Shown here piece by piece: positions 31,166 through 44,945 of a stretch of DNA of 64,000 bases. The position numbers were made by a program, and so were the translations under genes. How positions within the stretch are numbered: the stretch's first letter is position 1; every line of letters starts with the position of its first letter. The stretch lies in NCBI RefSeq assembly GCF_009914755.1, contig NC_060929.1. One strand, given 5' to 3'. Origin of the DNA: the human T2T-CHM13v2.0 reference genome, Homo sapiens. The notes below the pieces were generated by a model that worked only from the letters and a program-made list of their open reading frames with translations, was not told the DNA's origin and ran no database searches.

Positions 31166-32339
31166 ATTCCTTCTATTAGCATTCTTACCTCCTTTTCCAC
31201 CCTCTGCAGTTCTACGTGCCTTACTTTCCCTTCACCACAAAAAATAGTACTTTATTTCCAAAAAATTGACAGAGAGAGAGAGAGAAGAGATTGAGATTAT
31301 TGATCTAGTATCCAAGACAAATACAAGCTATTTAAGTCTGAAACAAGACAAGAAAAAGTAGTTTCTTGCCAGAGAAAGATGCTAGCAATGACTGCTTAAC
31401 AGATGCCAGCCCTGTTAGGTTTTCCTTGACATTGTGAGCCAAGCTTCACTCAAGCCTAATCCGATTGTTCCAACCCCAGAGAACTTGTCTGCAAGTTGGA
31501 GAGGATTAACAAAAAATACCTCACAGCTCCTGCAGTTGTGCAAACATCTAATGCTTTTCATGTCTGATGTGTCCAGACACATTCAATGTCACCTGAATCT
31601 TGATAAGTTATGAAGCCAGAGATTTGTAATAACAGTGTATGTAATAACAGGTGCCCCATTTTTCAAAAAGGGATAAGAACATCTAGAATCCACAAAACAC
31701 AGAATGCTTACATGGAGGAGCCCCAGGAATTCTCCGCTTACAAATCAGCACCCAAAGTAGGTAACCTGCCCAAGGTCCCTTATCTGTTTTAAATCACAAA
31801 TCCTTTTTTTTTTTTTATTGCTTTTCTCTGCTTGAATCAGGAGGAAATTTGAGCCCAAGATGCAAATAGACTTCAGCTTACATGCCAACTCCAATCAATC
31901 ATTGCTTTTTGGAGAAGCACTATATTGAGAAAGATTCCCAGTCTAGCCTTAAAAGAAAATGGTGCTATCATCAATAAGCAATACCAGCCATGGACAACAG
32001 TTAGGATGGGAGGCCTGTCTGCCACATGTTTGCTGACCTTGAATTCTGGGCCAACAAGGTAGTTATAGCAGGGATGGGGACGGGAAGGTAAAATTTTAGG
32101 TTACTTGTACTCTCTGCCCTTCTTCCTAGACAGGCCCTGTATTTCTACTTATCCCACTGTGTATTTTATTTTTTGTGGTGAACCTGGTGGTTAGGGTGGC
32201 TGTGAATCCGTGCTCCAGTTTTTTTCCATCCTACATTAAATAAGAAGACAAATTGCAACATTGGGTCTTGAACCAGCCAGATAACAAGTTTTGTTTGTTC
32301 CTCCTCTTATGGGGGATGATCCCCTAGCCAAAGATGTCA

Positions 32340-32480
32340 CAGATTCTGGAACACAGGAGAGGCTTCATGTATTATTTGATAAGACCTGATTTTATAGGTG
32401 AGGAAACTGAGTCCTGAAGTAGGGAAATGGCGTTGAAGTTATAGAGGGAAACACAGACTACCGGTCTTTCCACAATACCA
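32340..32480 (-). mobile_element. MIR/MIR3
   Basis: TTTTATAGGTGAGGAAACTGAGTCC. Confidence 0.65.
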
Positions 32481-32889
32481 TAGACATTTGCTTTATTCTT
32501 CCCCCAAATTTATTTCCCCAGTTATGGTAAATCTAGAAAATTTTGGGAAAAAAAAAAAGCTAAATTACTGGCCCTGTGGGATACTGCAGTTTTAGCAGAG
32601 AAAATGCAACATAGATACAAAGTGGCAATGACTAGCTTATGTCTCAAAAGCAAGTGACAGAGAGTGACAGGAAGACTTTGAAATGACAGTGGTAGTGTTA
32701 TTCTACTAAGAAGCACCTCCACTTTCTAATTATATCAGGAGTCACTCAGAAATCTTTTCCTATGGTCCAGAATGTAACACATCGCTTTATGGTAATATCT
32801 GCTAAAGACAGTATATGAATATATTGATAGTCTTGCATTTTGATGATTTTGAAAGTTTTGATGTTTTTGTATTTGTTTTAGCCTCTACT

Positions 32890-33620
32890 CTGGGCTGGGT
32901 GTGTTGCTAGGTGTCAGAAAGACAGAGATGATAAAGCACAGTCCCCGCTTTGCAAAGCTCACATCTAGTTGGAGAGACAAACAGGCAAAAATAATAATAA
33001 TAAGGTATGGCACAATATAAATGGAATTATAAATGTGTACATAGGTACAATATCACAAAGTCTAGAATGATTAACTTTGGAAGGCACTAGGAAATTTTTT
33101 ACAGAAACAACATCTGGGCTAGGTTTAAAAGGGCTGGGCTTAACATGAAGAGGAATTCGTTACTAGCTTTTATACACTTACCCGTTCAATAAACATACTA
33201 ACTCACCCAAGGCATGTCAATCACCGTGTTAGGCACTGAAGATTGGGAGATACATAAGACAGGGTCCTGAACTCTCTAATCTCCAGACTAAACAAGAGGC
33301 GCTTACATAAACAAAGTATTACATTACAGTGTGTTCAAAGCAATAGTCAGTGGGAGCACCAAGTAAAGACATAGGAAAGGCTGTGCTTAGGAAAGGATGT
33401 GACTGGTCTTTTTTTCTCTGTGTTTGGAATGCCCCTTTTCAGCGAGTATGTATGGATCATTATGACAAAATTGGAATATCAAGGGGACAGTGACTATTTA
33501 TGAGCAAATCAATGAGCAGATAAGGAACTGAAAAAAATGACTGAAATCCAGCTATCAACCTCCATTTAACAAAAATTCCTACGCATTTACCTTGTGCTAG
33601 GCACCATACTAATTTCAAAA
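32890..33620. mobile_element. Cluster of L2 3' fragments
   Basis: TGTGTTGCTAGGTG...CTCACATCTAGTTGGAGAGAC; GTGTTAGGCACTGAAGAT; TGTGCTAGGCACCATACT. Confidence 0.6.
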
Positions 33621-33659
33621 AACACAAGAGAGAGAAATACTAAGCAGCCATGAAACCAA

Positions 33660-33885
33660 GAGGGTAATGGTATAGGTGATAAGAGTCAGTCTTCCTGGGC
33701 TCAAATCCTAGTTTCCCAACCCACTAGCCTCAGGATCTTTGACAAACTGTTCTCTGTACTTCAGTTTTTTTCATTTACAAAAAGCAGATGACAAATAACT
33801 CTGCTAGTTGTGATATTAAAACCATAAAAGAGGCAAAGTGCTTAACCCAGTCCCTAGCAAATGCTAAGTACCCAATAAAAATGTC
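33660..33885 (+). mobile_element. MIR
   Basis: CCTGGGCTCAAATCCTAG...CTTCAGTTTTTTTCATTTACAAAA. Confidence 0.7.
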
Positions 33886-34014
33886 TTCAACAAAGAAGAC
33901 ATTAATCATGCTAACAGTCTAAGATCCAAATGATAAGTAGAACTTTGTCAGAAAAAGAGCAGGGAACATGCAGGTTTTAATCAAAGAAATGACATAATTA
34001 GATTAAATTTTTAA

Positions 34015-34520
34015 AACATTTTTATTAAAGAAATTTAAAACAATATACAAAAACAGAGGACATAATATAACAGAGAACATAATATAACATGCTCTAATAT
34101 TCATACCTCTCAGATTCCACAATTACCTAGATTTTGCCACATTTGCTTCATCTGTCACATTTTTATTTGCTTAAAAATTTTTAAATGTTATAAATTAAAG
34201 ACATAATTTTACCTTTATATACCTAAGCATGCATCTTTTTAAAATATGGATATTTTCTTACAAGACTCACCTTGCTCCTTTATCTCTCTGCCATGAAGAA
34301 AAATGAGAGGGCATGTCAAGATAGACTCCCATCAGCCTGGGCCCTTAGTAGATAAATAGTTCCTAAGATTTCGGTTATTTTCATTGCACTATAATCTACT
34401 CTATTTTGTCTAATGTAGGTGGTATTGTGAACCACCTGTTGCATCACATCACAGGGCACATAATTTCTGGTTGTCCCACTTTCAGTAATGCTAAGATTCA
34501 TTAGCGCCTTCCCTCTTCTC
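34015..34520 (-). mobile_element. L1ME-like 3' fragments
   Basis: ATTTTGCCACATTTGCTTC; TTGCATCACATCACAGGGCACATAA. Confidence 0.5.
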
Positions 34521-34529
34521 AAGCACTTA

Positions 34530-35282
34530 TGAAATATTCTCCAGAATGGATCACATGGTAGGCCATAAAATAAGTTTCAACACATTTTTAAAAATTGAAA
34601 TCATATAAAATATGTTCTTCAAACACAACAGAATTAAACTAGAAATCTACAGCAGAAAGAACTACGGAAAATACACAAATACTTTGAAATAAAGCAACAC
34701 ATTTCTAAATAACCCATGGATCAAAGTTGAAAATGCAGGGTAAATCTTAACTGAATGAAAATGAAAACACAACATATCAAAATTTATGGGGTGCAGCTAA
34801 AAAGGTGCTTAGAGAGAAATGTGTAGCTTTATATGATTGTGTTTTTAAAAAGGAGAAAAATCTCAAGTCAGTAACCAAAGTTCCCACCTTAGGAATCTAG
34901 AAAATGAAAACAAACTCAATACAACGTAAGGAGATGAAAGGAAATAGCAAAGATTAGAATGGAAATAAATGAAATATAAAACAAAAAAGTAAGTTAATAA
35001 AATCATAAGTTGATTTCTTTGAAAAGATCATCAAAATTGACAATCTTTAGTGAGACTAATCAAGAAAAAGAAATCAGAAAGGAAAAAGTTGATACCACCA
35101 GCTCTACAGAAATTAAAAAGGTAAGGAAATACACAAACAATTTTACACCAACAAATAGATAATTTATATAAAATAAACAAATTCCTAGAAAGACACTGGT
35201 TACCAAAACTGATACAAGAAGAAGTAGAAAATCTGAATAGATCCAAAACAAATAAAGACATTAAATTAGTGATTAAAATATC

Positions 35283-35324
<42 letters not shown>

Positions 35325-35531
35325 CTCAGGCCTGGATGGCCTCATTGGTGAATTCTATCAAACCTTTAAAGAAATAAGAGCAATCCTCTACAAATTCTTC
35401 CGGAAAATACTGAGAAAAAGATCACTTCTCAACTCATTCTATAAGACCAGTATTACTCTGATACCAAAGCCAGACAAAGTTACCACACAAAAAGAAAATT
35501 ACAGACCAATATCTCTCATGAATATAGACAT
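34530..35531 (+). mobile_element. Old L1M ORF2 fragment (EN end to RT start), with (CA)n at 35286-35320
   Basis: Peptide ...DGLIGEFYQTFKE...LIPKPDK...ENYRPISLMNID. Confidence 0.85.
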
Positions 35532-36980
35532 TTTAATTATATCAATTATTTCTATCTATGAACATGGAATGTTTATCCATTTGTCTGTGTCATCTCTGAT
35601 TTCCTTGAGGAGTGTTTTGTAATTGTCGTTGTAGAAATATTTCATCTCTCTGTTTAGCTGTGTTCCTAGGTATTTTATTCTTTTTGTGGCAATTGCGAAT
35701 AGGATTGCATTCCTGATTTGGCTCTCAGCTTGGCTATTATTGGGTGCATAGAAATGCTAGTGATTTTTGTACATTGATTTTGTATCCTGAAACTTTGCTG
35801 AAGTTGTTTATCAGCTGAAGGAGCTTTGGGGCCGAGAATATGGGGTTTTCTAGCTATAGAATCATGTCGTCTGCGAACAGGGATAGTTTGACTTCCTCTC
35901 TTCCTATTTGGATGCCTTTTATTTCTTTCTCTTACCTGATTGCTCTGGCCAGAACTCCTAACACTATGTTGAATAGGAATGGTGAGAGAGGACATCCTTG
36001 TCTTCTGCTGGTTTTCAAGGGGAATTCTTCCACTATCCTTTGCCTATTCAGTATGATGTTGGCTGTGGGTTTGTTATAGATGGCTCTTATTATTTTAAGG
36101 TATGTTCCTTCAATACCCAGTTTATTGAGAGTTTTTAATATGAAGGGATGTTAAATTTTATTGAAAGCCTTTTCTGTGTCTATTGAGATAATCATGTGGG
36201 TTTTGTCTTTAATTATGTTTATGTGATGTATCATATTTATTGGTTCGTGCGCACTGTACCAACCTTGCATCCCAGGAATAAACCCTACTTGATCATGGTG
36301 GATTAGCTTTTTGATGTACTCCTGGATTCCTTTTGCAAGTATTTTGTTGAGGATTTTTGCATCAAGGTTCATCAAGGATATTGGCCTGAAATTTTCTTTT
36401 TTAACTGTGTCTCTCCTAGGTTTTGGTATCAGGATGATGTTGGCCTCATAGAATGAATTGAGGAGGTGTCCCTCCTCCTCAATTTTTGGGAATAATTTCC
36501 ATAGGAATGGTACCAACTCTTCTTTGTACATCTGGTAGAATTCAGCTGTGAATCCATCTGGAGTGGGTCCTTTTTTGGTTGATAGGTTATTTATTGCTGA
36601 TTCAATTTTAGAGCTCATTATTGGTATGTTCAAGGAATCAATTTCTTCCTAGTTCAGTCTTGGGAGGGTGTATATGTCCAAGAATTTATCTATCTCTTCT
36701 AGGTTTTCTACTTTGTGTAAATAGAGGTATTTATAGTAGTTTCTGATGGTTGTTTTTATTTCTGTGGGGTCAGTAGTAATATCCCCTTCATCATTTATAA
36801 TTGTGTTTATTTGGGTCTTCTCTCTTTTCTTCATTATTCTAGTTAGTGGCCTATCCATTTTATTAATTTTTTTCAAAAAACAAAATTCCTGGATTTATTG
36901 ATCTTTTGAATGATTTTTCTTTTCTTGATCTCCCTAAATTTAGCTCTCATTTTTGTTATTTGTTGTCTTCTGCTAGCTTT
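35532..36980 (-). mobile_element. Older L1PA ORF2 fragment with no 3' UTR or tail
   Basis: ORFs 36151-36633 ([10 protein letters not shown]...RPISLMN...[13 protein letters not shown]) and 36649-36876. Confidence 0.9.
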
Positions 36981-37165
36981 ACTACCCCCACATGTTTTAA
37001 AGAAATTGCTGGACATTCTATCATCTGAGTACTTTCCAGCACCTTGAAGAGACATCATTATCCAAATCCCTGTCCCTTTTCTCAACTTCTGCCAATCTGG
37101 TGTTTCGTTAAAGTTCATTTCTTTATTGAAAGATTTTGATTTCCTTTAAAAATTCAACACAGCTT

Positions 37166-37456
<291 letters not shown>

Positions 37457-37984
37457 AAAAATTCAACACAGCTGTGTTTCACAGAGATACTTAATGCACA
37501 GTTTGACTTAAAAATAGAATCCTTCTGTTAGCCAGAAGATAGCGGAGAAGAAGGTCAGATGTAATGGTAACTTCATTCTCAAACCCTCTTCGGATTCCTG
37601 ACTTTCCCATAAAAATATTGAGGTTTGGTTGGCACTAGACAGCCCCTAGTCAAGTGCACCTGTGTATGGGGGCAGAGAAAAGAAGCACCTCATTCTTCTT
37701 AGAAAAGATCTTGACTGATGGCAACCGCTCAGCCTCTTGTCCTCGACTTCTTAGAGTCATGGTTCAGAGACAACTTCCTACTCACGTCCCCAAACACTTG
37801 GATGTTGTGTTACAGCCCTGCATACTTGTTAAGTAAAAAAGCTTTTGTCCCACTTGGAGTCTTTTTTATTATTACTTGCAGTCTGAAGCTGTTTTAACTT
37901 ATCTCAATGCCCTTTGTCACTGATATCTGCTTTGTTCTATAAACTGTGCCTACATGAGGGCTGAAGCTCAGTGCTTAGTTGCCA

Positions 37985-38135
37985 GTGATTTCCTTAAGCT
38001 CCCTGAGACCTCCATTTCCCCACCTCTAAAACAGGGCTCATTTTCCTACCTACTTCATATAATCACTATGATGATTAAATTAAACATGGTACCCAAAGAA
38101 GCATAGCACCATGCCTTGAATATGCTGTTATTGTT
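37985..38135 (+). mobile_element. MIR
   Basis: CCTGAGACCTCCATTTCCCCACCTCTAAAACAGGG. Confidence 0.6.
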
Positions 38136-39639
38136 GTACTTACCCATTTATCTCATGTGTGTGGTTCAATCTTCCACATTTATCTCCTATTCTGAGAGAC
38201 CTTTTTCCTGTCCACTTAGGTGATGATGGTTAAGATGATTATGATTGGGATTATGATGATTATGATTGTCTGTCTAAGGTAAGGTTCTTAATCATCATGA
38301 GTCTGAATATTCTCATATGTAAAATGGGATTTTAACGTTTTGTAAAGAAAAAAAAAAGTTGTAGTGTGGATTAAACAAATAGTGGATATAAAAGCAGCCA
38401 ACACTGTGCCTGACACATTGTAAGTACTCAACAAAGATTTGAGTGATGGTAAGAGCCTAGGCTGGGTCACTGGTTTAGGTGGAAGTATTTTTCTGACAAA
38501 GTGAAAAGATTCAGGTGTCATCCTTTGGGTGGGTGGAGAGACACAGTTCTCCTGTGCCTGTACAGGGGACCCAAATCAGTGTCATTTTCAAACATAAAGT
38601 TATTTGAGCTAATCTGAGTAGTTTAATAAATGTCACAAATTTCCAGAGTTCTCCAGGCACATTAAAATGAGGTTATTCCATTATTGTCAATTCTCTCCAA
38701 ATTATCAACCATAGTCAACTAATCATTTATCTGTTCCCAGAGCTAGAAAATCAATCCATTTTAGGTAGGTTATGAATCTAGTTCTAGAACTCAGTAGCCT
38801 TTGTGCTACTAAACTCAGCTGAACAGGCCCCCAGGGATGAAGGAGTGGGAAGGAGACAGCACTATACTGGAAAAAGTGGTTTTAATTTTAACTTTTATTC
38901 TGTATTAACCATTTTCCCACACTGCTTTGTAAATCACAGCAAGGAAAGAGAACAAAGTAATAAAAACAAAATATATTCAAATAAAGCCCCACAGTACAAC
39001 ATAGCAGTAGGTGATGGTGCCCTTGGGGGGCTTATTTTTTTTAATGCCTCATTTGCGTCTGATTTTGAAATTTCAGAAGGCAGAAAAAAACCTTAGTTTT
39101 GACTTGTTTAAAAAAAGTAGAAGTTTAGATTGCCTTTGAATCAATGTACAAAACATGGTCCCTTAAAGCTCCTTTTTTTTTTTTTCCAGGACACCATTCT
39201 GAGGACCTCATCCATTTCTTAGTAAAAATCAAAGAGACTGTTAAGGTTCTTACTTCTCAGATTTGTTTAGGGCTATTATATTAATCTATCTCTACGTACA
39301 ATGGAGTTGCATCATATACACACTCAACTCCATGAATTCGACTTTGTGTATTTGGCAAAAGAGAACTAGCTAGAGAGGACTGGGAAAGTTCTGGCGAGGC
39401 CACCTGCCATTTTTCTTGCCCCTGAGCAACACTGGTTGGTTTCAGGGTAAACTCTCATTGCAAAAGTGCTTGTCCAGGCCAAAAGTGAATCTGTGATGGA
39501 AATTCATATTTTTTGCCTCTACACTTCTTTGTTTGGTGATCAAAGGAAGAGACAGCAACATCTTCTCATCCTGGAGGGAAATGTAATGGACTTTCAAGAG
39601 TAGTTTTAGCTATATAGTCAACATCAAACCAACCCACAA

Positions 39640-40041
39640 AAAGATGTGACTCTCCTGCACACCAGATGCAGGAGACATGAATTGGGATGGCTGCCCAGAT
39701 CACAGCAGTTGCCTCAGTGGCACCTTATGTCCCATGTTCGTGGCTGAATAATCCTGGGACAGAGACATCTGATCTAAGCCAGAACAATCAGCTTCTCTCT
39801 TAGGAACCTGAAACCCTAAAACCCAAGTGGAAAGGTGCAGAGGGGTGTCTCTGCAGCAGAGTCATTTGAGTGATATTTCCAATGACCCCCAGGGCTGAAA
39901 TCCCCCAAACTGCTCTGATTTTGGCTCTTTTCAAATCCTAATTGTTGGGCAACTCTTACAATTCTATGAGCTTTCCTAATATCTTCAAGTAAGTTAGCCA
40001 GTTTCTTTCTGTTTGCTACTAACAGAACCTTAATTAATACA
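39640..40041 (+). mobile_element. MLT1 LTR fragment
   Basis: 3' terminus TTTCTGTTTGCTACTAACAGAACCTTAATTAATACA. Confidence 0.55.
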
Positions 40042-40201
40042 CCAAGCTATCATCCCCTTAAGTTAACAGCTTCTTGGAATTAGAACTAAGTCATTAACAG
40101 AAGCTCAAAGGGCCCAGAGGGTGCCTAGTGCTTTAACAGCTCTGAATGGCACAAAATGAAAATGTCAAAAGGCAGAATCAGAGCAGTTCAGCGACATAGG
40201 C

Positions 40202-40494
40202 TGGTGTTTCCCAAAGTGGTTTCCTCAAACCCTAGTTCAGCAAGATGATCTCTGATAAAAAGGTACCATGGTCAAATAAGTTTGGGAAATGAAGTACACT
40301 CTATTCCTCACCTTCAAAGTCATACGAATAAGCCTTTCAGATGCACTCAAAAGCCCTGAAGTAGACATTCGATTTCCTTAAACCAGAATTTCAAAAACAT
40401 ATTAAAAATAGCATCTAATCTTCTCTATCTCCATCCCTGTACCTGACTCATCTCGTACCCCAAACCCTATTAACACACACTTTGAGAAGCATTA
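40202..40494. mobile_element. hAT-Charlie MITE (MER5/MER103-like)
   Basis: TIR-like ends GTGTTTCCCAAAGTG and CACTTTGAGAAGCA; internal AAATAAGTTTGGGAAATG. Confidence 0.6.
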
Positions 40495-40689
40495 ATAGAG
40501 GCTATGGGGAGAAAACCTCTAGTGCAATGCTGCCTGGGAGCTTTGGCTTTTACACTGATAACTCTGGTTAAACGTTTTGGTCCCTCCATCACTTCTCAGG
40601 TGTTTACTGAGAATTACAAAGGGCTCAGCCCTGTGTTGGATGCTCTGGGAGCAATCATACTGTGATTAGAGGCGTGGGAGGACATGATG

Positions 40690-40888
40690 GGAGTCTTAAC
40701 TCTGATCTGGAGTTCAAAACTGACTTGCTTTCTTGGGAAAAACTTGATCTCTTTACGACTCTGTTTCCTCATCAAATGGGGCTATTGCAATCAACCTCAC
40801 CTCACCATTGAATAAAACAGATCTACTAGAATAATGAATATAAAGGCACTTTGCCAACTTCCAGACATCAAATAAGTATCAGCTATTA
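40690..40888 (+). mobile_element. MIR
   Basis: CTCTGTTTCCTCATCAAATGGGG. Confidence 0.65.
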
Positions 40889-41005
40889 CAGAGAATAAAT
40901 AACTTAGAGAATGATGCCAGATATTATGGAGAGAAAGCCTGCTAACCACAGGATTGCAGCCTTATGCCTTGTGATTTTTGAACGCAATAAATACTTTAAT
41001 ATCTA

Positions 41006-41328
<323 letters not shown>

Positions 41329-41371
41329 TTAAGTCCATCGATAATTTACTACCAAAATGAGAATTTTCATT

Positions 41372-41785
41372 TGTACCAGTACCTGTTAATTATTTTGCAA
41401 TAACAAATCACCTTGAAACTCACTAGCATACAATAATCAATATATATTTCTCAATCATGTGTCTGGGGATGGCTGGGGTTCTTTGGGTCTAGACCAGGCT
41501 TGTTCAGGTTTGGCTCCAAGCCATGAGTTTGTCCACATCTGCTTCACGTGTCTCATTCTCCTTGGACAAGTGGCAATGACAATGGCAGAGGTAGAAGAGG
41601 GCACACCAACTACATAAGCACATTTCAAGCCCTAGTTCGGTCAGGTCCATTAATATCCCATTGAACAAAGCAAGTCACATGGTCAAGTTCAACATCTGTG
41701 GGTGGGGGAAGAAGAAGACTCTTCTGGATGTGGGGTGGGGGGAGAGGAAGAGAATATTTACTGAACAATAATCTAATCTACTACA
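41372..41785 (-). mobile_element. MLT1 LTR
   Basis: GCAATAACAAATCACC...AAAGCAAGTCACATGG...CTGAACAATAATCTAATCTACTACA. Confidence 0.75.
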
Positions 41786-42514
41786 GTATGGTTTTTGCCT
41801 TCTTTCATTTCAAGCAGGTAGTCAGACCCATAAGGAATTACTTCCTTGGGGATTATGTTGTGTAGAAGAGGCAGAGGAGGAGGTGAAATTACCTGAAGGC
41901 AACAACTTTTTCTGTCTTTCATAAGAGCTTAGAAATTATTGAAGAAAGCCATACCTTTGAGGTCAACCAGAAATGAGAGAATGTCTTTGAAGTAACTCAG
42001 AGGGGAAAGGAAGGCAGTTTGCAAAATTTAAAGAGATTAGTGTTAGAATGGGGAGATCATCTGCTAAAACATGGCTCCCAAGTGCAGAGCTACTTTATCT
42101 TCAAAAAAACAAACAAAAAAAATCCTTCAGCCCCATAGGGAACTCAAAATACTCAAAATAGAGCCCTCATATCTACAATGACCACTGAGCCCCAAGCTGT
42201 GAGCACATCTCTGGCCATCATGATAGCATGGGGTTTGGAGCCCCATCCCTGTCCTCTGGACACTATCTAAGAGTCCTGGATTCAGATGGGACCCTGGGAT
42301 GGCACAGGGCCTTATCATAGCTGAGGCTAAATTTCCTGCTGGGTTACACACTCAGAGGCAGAATAGGTTTCTCTCTGAAAAATTAAGGAGATGATACATC
42401 ATACATATCTGTATCTATGGCCTAAGATTCCATACCTACTGCATGGATAATTAATTTATTTAATTTTATTTTTGCTACTATGAATGGTATCCTGGCCTCT
42501 TTGGGTGACTTGAT

Positions 42515-42700
42515 GTTGGTTGTCAAATTTAGCAAATATGTATAGGATGTCCAGTTAAATCTCTATTTGAGATAAACAATAAATAATTTCTAGTATAAGT
42601 GTATTCCACATAATATTTTGGACATACTTATACTAAAAAAACTACTCTTTGTTTATCTGAAATGGAAATTTAATTGGATGTATTTTATCTGGCAATTCTA
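42515..42700. mobile_element. MER53 palindromic MITE
   Basis: TAGTATAAGTGTATTCC...GGACATACTTATACTA central palindrome, with TIR remnants. Confidence 0.85.
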
Positions 42701-43386
42701 TGTAGGGCTTTATAAGCTTGAAGAATTCTTTGACAAGTAAAGGATAACTTTTTGCCAGCCTGGCCTGTTCTATAGCTATACACCATACTTTGAGGACTAG
42801 GGTTGCTCAGAAGTCAGCGTGGAAGAAGCAGAAGGTAGACTCTCCACTGGGGACACGGAGGAGTGGTGAGCTCTGCTGTCCCTAGTGAACCAAGTGCTTC
42901 ACCCATGACGTGCCCCTTCGTTTGGAAGACATGTCAGACGAGAGCAGCGGGAATTCTCACATCCAGCCTACTTCTTCCCTGACCTTACTAATTTAAGATG
43001 GTTTCCACAATTTTGTGGACATAACTGGGTAATCTAATAAAGGTAGATTAAATTACAGCTGAGTATTTTCAGATCCGAACATGGGAAAAATGTATCTTGT
43101 TTCAAAAAACGATAAACCGCCCCACACTTGTTTTGTTTTTCTTTCATCTGGGAACTGGGCAAACAGGAACTATCTCGAGTTATTATATGTGAAAGTCTGT
43201 GCAGTTGGGTTGGTTTTTCTAACCAAAAAAAAAAAAAGGGGGAAAAAAGAGGAAGAAAAGAAAGAACAGAAAAGAAAAAATTTAAAAAGAAAACCTTTAA
43301 ATCCACAAAATTTTTTTTTCTCATACCAAAAATGTAAGGGACCTGAACTACAACTTTAGAAATAGATATTTAATTTTTTAGAAAGT

Positions 43387-43400
43387 ACCAATGTTTCATC

Positions 43401-43439
<39 letters not shown>

Positions 43440-43600
43440 TTCTAACCAATGTTTCAACACACACACACACACATTTCTAACCAATGTTTCAACACACACA
43501 CACACATTTCTAACCAATGTTTCAACACAAATACACACACACACATTTCTAACCAATGTTTCAACACACACACACACAAACACACACATTCACATTTCTA
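43387..43600. repeat. Compound minisatellite, 5 x [ACCAATGTTTCA-A(CA)n-TTTCTA]
   Basis: Direct reading. Confidence 0.95.
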
Positions 43601-44465
43601 AAGGCTTGTTGAGTAAAAAAATGCCAGCTACCAAATCACTTAGGTAATTCTGTGAGCAGAAAAACAAAAAAAAACAAAAAACAACAAAAAACAACATGGG
43701 TTTGAACCAAATGAAATATTGGCCCTGTTTAGGTTCAGCTGGCAGCATATTTAAATACAGAGATTTTGATCTGGTTCAATAGGTTTAGAAAATTAGCATG
43801 GTGAACTCTAGGTTTTAGTTCACATTGGAGGTTGAGTCCCAAGAGAGAAAATGATGGTCTTTTCTAATTTGCGTCTTTAAGCCAGTTTGTTTAAAGTTTC
43901 CCTTTACTTACTTTTTGTTCAGCAATATTAGGTTGGCATGGTGGTCTCACAAATAACAGCATATCTCCAGTGAAGCGGAGTTTCTTTGCTTAAAACTTGT
44001 GGGTATTTCTTGGGCATTTTCTCATGAGCAGAGTGTGATGGACAGGACCCATGTGGAGTCGCACAGGCCAGGGTTGACCAGAAGACCATTGGCAGTGCAG
44101 TCTCATTCTCTTTCAGATTCCCTCCAAGAACTGTTTTTCCTTCTTGCTTCAGCAAATGAATTTGGAGCTTCCCAGAACTCAGAAGGTTCAAGACGAGATG
44201 CTCAGTGCTCCAGAAAATGCAAGATGCTTTCCTTAACTCAGACAATGCAAATTCTCAATCTATTGGCTGATGCTGACCTTTCCATGTTTTAGGAATAAAG
44301 TGTCTGAAAACAAAATGAGAATATGTACAAAAAAGCAACAACAAAAAACTTCAGGGAGTATAAAATATCCAAGAGAACAAACTGTTTTAAGCACTATAGA
44401 ACTCTTCAGAAACACCTATATATTCAGTGTACAATTACAAATAATTCATAGGTGGTTTTTGAAAT

Positions 44466-44600
44466 ATTTTAAGTTCCAGGATACATGTGCAGGATGTGCA
44501 GGTTTGTTACATAGGTAAACGTGTGCCATGGTGGTTTGCTGCACCTATCAACCCATCACCTAGGTGTTAAGCCTCACGTGCATTAGCTATTAGCTATTTA
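44466..44600 (-). mobile_element. Very short L1PA (PA7-PA10-like) 3' end
   Basis: ATACATGTGCAGGATGTGCAGGTTTGTTACATAGGTAAACGTGTGCCATGGTGG. Confidence 0.88.
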
Positions 44601-44814
44601 TTTTTAAAGTTTAAAATTTTTTTTTAAATAGGTAAACCCTCTCCCACCACCACCACTCCCCAAATATACCCCGCACATCCAAAATGTATTTACAAAGCAG
44701 GAGGGGTGTCTATCCTGGTTTGATCATACACTCAGCCTAATATCCTAAAATTGCTGTAAGTACAGACCTTTAAATTCAGCCATGTAGGAACTTCAAGCTT
44801 TGCGTGGCTACAGT

Positions 44815-44945
44815 TCCTTGATTTTGCAGTTGAGTGAACTGAAATTCAGAGAAGTCAGGTGAAGCGACTTACCTAAGGTCACATGGTTCATGATTTATGA
44901 GGGCAGGATCAAAGCTTAAATCTCCTGTTCTTGAGTCAGAGCATA
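44815..44945 (-). mobile_element. MIR
   Basis: AACTGAAATTCAGAGAAG...GACTTACCTAAGGTCACATGG. Confidence 0.7.

Noticed and set aside
43387-43600. CRISPR-like repeat-spacer array
   Set aside because: The spacers are only (CA)n tracts, there are no cas genes, and the context is human; it is a compound minisatellite.
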